Origin: Amoebidium appalachense | Lineage: Eukaryota; Protista; Ichthyosporea | Length of the DNA: 64,000 bases | Direction: 5' to 3' | NCBI GenBank assembly: GCA_963693365.1 | Contig: CAVNZM010000001.1 | Coordinates: 6,216,907-6,280,906, forward strand | Part shown: positions 63,799 through 64,000 of the stretch, piece after piece | Layout of the letters: the number at the start of each line of letters is the position of its first letter | Numbering within the stretch: the stretch's first letter is position 1 | The notes under the pieces: model-generated | What the model saw: only the letters and a program-made list of their open reading frames with translations | What the model was told of the DNA's origin: nothing | Databases searched by the model: none | Made by a program: the position numbers and the translations under genes

Positions 63799-64000
63799 CT
63801 TCACCCCCGAGGAGTCCCCCGGTATAATACCCATATTCCAATATTAATATGGGGAATGATACTTCTCATGTAGGCTTATTCCTTTCCACATTACCAGGGC
63901 ACCCCAGTTTTGTTTCTCCGCGTGTGGCTGTGGTGGCCATGGGTAAAGGTGGTTGGCGGTTGGCGGTGCCCCTCCCCGGCGGTGAAGGGGAAGGGCAGGT
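62599..64000 (+). CDS. MCM9: MCM9-like DNA helicase, 5' exons only (runs off the window)
   Basis: Exons 62882-62978 ([31 protein letters not shown]) and 63544-63685 ([35 protein letters not shown]) join in frame and resemble the MCM9 N-terminus (DE.AHY...P..L.IFD.A). The start ATG at 62599 is tentative. Confidence 0.8.

Overview
Intron-rich, microsatellite-laden eukaryotic DNA. The gene mix (monomeric beta-thymosin, Apd1/Aim32-type ferredoxins, CX2CX18CX2C GATA finger, animal-type tRNA-iMet primer site) suggests a unicellular holozoan such as an ichthyosporean; this is inference only. Host genes reconstructed by hand from GT-AG junctions: a 4-exon GH18 chitinase (-) whose exon 2 is interrupted by a young non-autonomous Ty3/gypsy LTR element and whose promoter carries a 366-bp TRIM; an ankyrin + GATA zinc-finger gene (-); a head-to-head pair of Apd1/Aim32-like [2Fe-2S] thioredoxin-like ferredoxins with identical intron positions but different targeting signals; an intronless DEGS1-type sphingolipid desaturase (-); an Asteroid/ASTE1-like PIN nuclease (+); a 43-aa beta-thymosin (+) missed by the ORF track; and the 5' part of MCM9 (+). 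The most unusual accessory feature is a ~7.5-kb element (10488-18010) bounded by CCC...GGG inverted ends and repeated GATTCACATT palindromes. It carries an AT-rich, intronless 631-aa ORF with N-terminal membrane segments and a divergent OTU-like cysteine-protease signature. About half of the inferred 3' splice sites sit at or very near the end of (CA)n arrays rather than polypyrimidine tracts. Most ORFs in the supplied track are translations of simple repeats.
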